NCBI RefSeq assembly: GCF_006345805.1
Contig: NC_043016.1
Coordinates: forward strand, 30,442,001-30,506,000
Origin: Octopus sinensis
Lineage: Eukaryota
Direction of reading: 5' to 3'
DNA length: 64,000 nucleotides
Part shown: positions 60,191 to 64,000 of the stretch, in pieces
Layout of the letters: each line of letters starts with the position of its first letter
How positions within the stretch are numbered: position 1 is the stretch's first letter
Notes under the pieces: model-generated
Databases searched by the model: none
What the model saw: only the letters and a program-made list of their open reading frames with translations
Told to the model about the DNA's origin: nothing
Position numbers and translations under genes: made by a program

Positions 60191-60590
60191 TCAGAGATCA
60201 TGAAGAAAAAAAATGCTTTCTAATTGATGTATCAATACCGGCAGATGACAACGTGTCTCTAAAAGAAATGGAGAAACTCTCAAAATACAAAGACCTGGAA
60301 ATAGAGGTAACTAGAATGTGGAATCTGAAAACAGAAACAATTCCTATCATAGTAGGTGCATTAGGCATGATAAAAAAAATATTCAGACAAATACATAACA
60401 AAAAACACCAGGACTTACAAACACATATAACATACAGAAAATTGCACTACTAGGCACTGCACAACACTACGTAGAACACTTTCCATACAATAACCATCAG
60501 AGCATCACAACAAATCACAGCACATACCCAGGCACAAGAGCTGTGCTTGGTAGTGAAGTGAAAGCACGCTATAAAAATAAAACTACTGAA
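60189..60590 (+). mobile_element. R4/Dong-type LINE 3' end: restriction-like endonuclease C-terminus plus 3' UTR, flanked by (AAT)n
   Basis: KCFLIDVSIPADDNVSLKEMEKLSKYKDLEIEVTRMWNLKTETIPIIVGALGMIKK..IALLGTA (PD-D/ExK-type signature); a zinc-knuckle-like piece (CGK..IFHV..ECSKIAQTKY..HDNVARII) follows at about 60640-60750. Confidence 0.85.
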
Positions 60591-60604
60591 TAATAATAAT
60601 AATA

Positions 60605-60641
<37 letters not shown>

Positions 60642-62729
60642 ATTGTGTGTGTGGTAAAAGGGGCAAGCCTATCTTCCATGTGACATTCAGAATGTTCAAA
60701 AATAGCACAAACTAAATATGCGCTCAAGCATGACAATGTGGCCAGAATCATCCAGAAAAATGGCCTTTTTGAAAAAGATGTACAGGTATGTTTGAAATCT
60801 TTCTGTGAGTTGTGGATTGCTGTTGGTAAGAGTTTGGGACATGACATTGAGATTTAAACCTTCTTCAACTCCTGGCAGTATTGTTTTGATGTTGTGTAGG
60901 AAATTGTAGCTAGTAAGAGTTAGAGGCCTCCTTGAACTCCTCGGAGTATTTTTTTACATTATTTAGGGAAATGCAGCTGATAAGAATTAAGGAACCCCTT
61001 CAAGTCCTTGGAGTACTTTTTATATGTTTTAGAGGTGGTAAAGTCTGATTGTGTATGTTCCTCTACATTGCAGAGTTCAATCTCTGGAAGGTTTATTTTT
61101 TTTGTGGTTTTTATTCTTCAAGGCCTGATAAAATCAATAAACAATCAAGTTCTGAGATTGAATGTATTATCTTATATCCTAAATGCCAGAAAGCTGCAGG
61201 ATTAGAGCAGCTGGCATTAGTTAGTTATGTCTCTTTATACTAAGTTCCTCAGAGATCAATTTTGCCTTCCATTTTTCAGGTACCAATCCAGTAAGTGGTT
61301 GTCAAATACCGGGAATCAACACAACCAATTGGTTAGTACTCTAAGATTTTTGGCCAGTGCCTGTGTTGGAAATCATTCCCATAATTCTTTTCTGACCAGT
61401 TTATCCATGTTGGCATCAGTTGGATAGATTTGTGCAAATGAAGTGTCACATCCTTAATGGTGGTTATTTGTTATACACACACACACACATGCATGCACAC
61501 ACATGCATGCACACACATGCATGCACACACACACACACATGCATGTATGCACACACACACAGAATAATTGAGAAAACTCAGTAATCTCTAATGTTGTGAA
61601 TGTCGTATTTTTGCTGTTTTAGGCATGATTATAACAGCTCAAATGAATCAATTCCTGTATTAATTTTTAAAGCTTGGTATGCATTCTATCAGTCTCATTT
61701 GCCAAATATGCTGAACCACTAAGTTACAAGGATGTAAACACACCAACACCAGTTGTCAAGTGGTGGTGGGAGATAAACACAAACACAAAGACACACACAC
61801 TTGCATGTACACACTCATATATGACAGGCTTCTTTCAATTTCCTTCTACCAAATTCACACACAAGGCTTTGGTTGGCCTGAGGCTATAGTAGAAGACACT
61901 TGCCTAAGGTGCCATGAGGTGAGACACAAGTTAATGTGACGTACACAAGTTAATGCGTGAAAAGCAAAATAGGAATTTTGAAAGAAGTTTCTATAAAACT
62001 CTGTAAAAATCCATGTAATTTGTGCAGCTGTGTAATTTATGCAGGTGATTTTCATGATAAAAATAGTTTAAAAAAAGCTTCTACTCATGTAAAATTTGCA
62101 TACAAAAGTTTTCAGAACTGCCAATATGGCCAGGGGGAAAAGATTTTCAGTTTAGTTGTATTTAGTATAATTTCACTTACTTCTGATTAGATTTTATTAA
62201 ATTTTCATTAAATAAAAATAATTTCTGCTTAACAGGTGTTGTTTATAATAAACTTTATTTTAGATTTCTTGCCCACAAGAAATTGTGTCCAATCTTTAGC
62301 ATACTGGTGTATGTCTTCTCAAATCACGATTACAGGAAAAGTTGTTGATAAGAATTATCAACAAAAACAAAGCTGATAAATATGTACTGCTGTTGCAAAT
62401 TAAGTTTAATTACCAATAAACATCAGCTTGGATGACACTTTACTCAACCGAGTAAAATATGTAAAATATGACCTGGACACTGATTACCAGCATGAACATC
62501 AGACTTCAAAAAGTAAACTATTTAATGGTTTTAGTAAATTTATACAGAAAAAGTCAGTATTATACCCTCCAGCACAAATAAAAGTCAACTTCATTATATT
62601 TAAACCCTTATTTTTTCTGTAAAAACTTATTCTGACATTAAATGTGTCAACTTCCGGTACAAATGTTTATGTTTTGTATGGCTTTTTACAACAAAAAAAA
62701 ATTTCTAAAAAATTCCGGAAACAATCCAC

Positions 62730-63070
62730 TGTGTGGCATCTTGGGCAAGTGTCTTCTGCTATAGCCCCGGGCCGACCAATGCCTTGTGAGTGGATTTGGT
62801 AGACGGAAACTGAAAGACGCCTGTCGTATATATGTATAAATATATGTATGTGTGTGTGTGTGTGTTTGTGTGTCTGTGTTTGTCCCCCAGCATTGCTTGA
62901 CAACCGATGCTGGTGTTTACGTCCCCGTCACTTAGCGGTTCGGCAAAAGAGACCGATAGAGTAAGTACTGGGCTTACAAAGAATAAGTCACGGGGTCGAG
63001 TTGCTCGACTAAAGGCGGTGCTCCAGCATGGCTGCAGTCAAATGACTGAAACAAGTTAAAGAGAAAGAGA
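62730..63070 (+). mobile_element. SINE family A copy, 5'-truncated
   Basis: Starts mid-head at CACTGTGTGGCATCTTGGGCAAG; standard 3' half. Confidence 0.85.
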
Positions 63071-63703
63071 AAAGTGAATGTAATTTATGCACCCACTAAA
63101 GTTTATTTTTATTTTCGTGAAAAAAATGCGTAAATCACATGTTTTTTTTACAGTACTTTTTAAACATCAAACAGCTATGGGAGTCCACCAGAATATAACA
63201 GTCATCAAAGGGGTTTATAGGCAAAAATGGTTGAGAGTCAGCAAGTAAGAGAAGAAGAGGAAGAAAGAAATCTAAAGAGAAATATTTTTAGTTGAAAGAA
63301 GATTTAGGAGAGAGAGGGAGAGAGAGAGGAGGGAGAGAGAGAGGTAAGAAGGGGAGTTCTTGAGTTGCATATTTTTGGTTAAGTGTCTGGAACTGAGACT
63401 GTGTGGAAACTGAAACCATTGCATCTAGGAAAGCCATGACAATCATTTAATTTACATACATGCACACACACACACACACACACGCACACACGCACACACA
63501 CGCACACACACACACAAACCAATATACACTAATACATGAACACGTACACACACACACATGCACAAACAAAGTTTTATGCACACAAATTTTTGTATTGATT
63601 TTTGTTTATTTTGTAACAGATTTCTTTATATATCAAATTGTCAAATGTTTAAGAGTCATATGACTACAACTTGGTCATTGACACACCGACACTGTTCTAT
63701 AGG

Positions 63704-64000
63704 TACATACATACATACATACATACATACATACATACATACATACATACATACATAGACACATACATACATACATACATACATACATACATACATACAT
63801 ACATACATACATAGACACATACATACATACATACATACATACATACATACATAGACACATACATACATACATACATACATACATACATACATACATAGAC
63901 ACATACATACATACATACATACATACATAGACACATACATACATACATACATACATACATACATGCATACACAGACACACATACATATACATACATACAT
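63704..64000. repeat. (TACA)n tetranucleotide array with five TAGACA interruptions, runs off the window end
   Basis: Interruptions at 63756, 63812, 63852, 63896, 63928. Confidence 0.95.

Noticed and set aside
62428-62730. 64-aa ORF and two CCGGAA/TTCCGG (ETS-like) motifs suggesting a neighbouring gene or promoter
   Set aside because: No recognisable domain, no consistent splice sites, no CpG-rich context; short motifs are expected by chance
63656-64000. MYVC-repeat ORFs, and similar HT/YI/VC-rich ORFs throughout the track
   Set aside because: Microsatellite translations

Overview
AT-rich, microsatellite- and SINE-saturated animal DNA. The repeat families and overall style suggest a coleoid cephalopod, most likely Octopus (inference, not searched). 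One protein-coding gene is well supported: GLE1 (mRNA export factor/nucleoporin) on the + strand, reconstructed by hand from 10 coding exons between 5027 and 42426. All nine introns are GT..AG, phases match at every junction, and the spliced frame is 1665 nt (554 aa + stop). The start exon(s) were not found and probably lie upstream of the window. Almost everything else is repeat-derived: about 25 copies of a tRNA-headed SINE with an internal microsatellite (family A), two more tRNA-SINE families (B, C) with several clean 12-16 bp target-site duplications, RTE and R4/Dong-type LINE fragments, two mariner remnants, a hAT transposase remnant, TTAA-type MITEs, fold-back hairpins, a CpG-decayed 5S rRNA copy, a 1.4 kb GAT/GGT array and an RTE-born 39-42 bp minisatellite. 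Most notable observations: (1) four Penelope-like terminal repeats ending at (TA)n that carry degenerate minimal hammerhead-ribozyme motifs; (2) the GLE1 motif matching the IP6-binding KK of human/yeast Gle1 reads LS here; (3) a head-to-tail array of at least nine SINE B copies; (4) a chimeric repeat present twice; (5) a rearranged fold-back insert with an 11-bp duplication. No CRISPR array or prokaryotic system is present, and nearly all ORFs in the supplied track are repeat artefacts. Repeat boundaries are read by eye and approximate unless a TSD or splice site fixes them.
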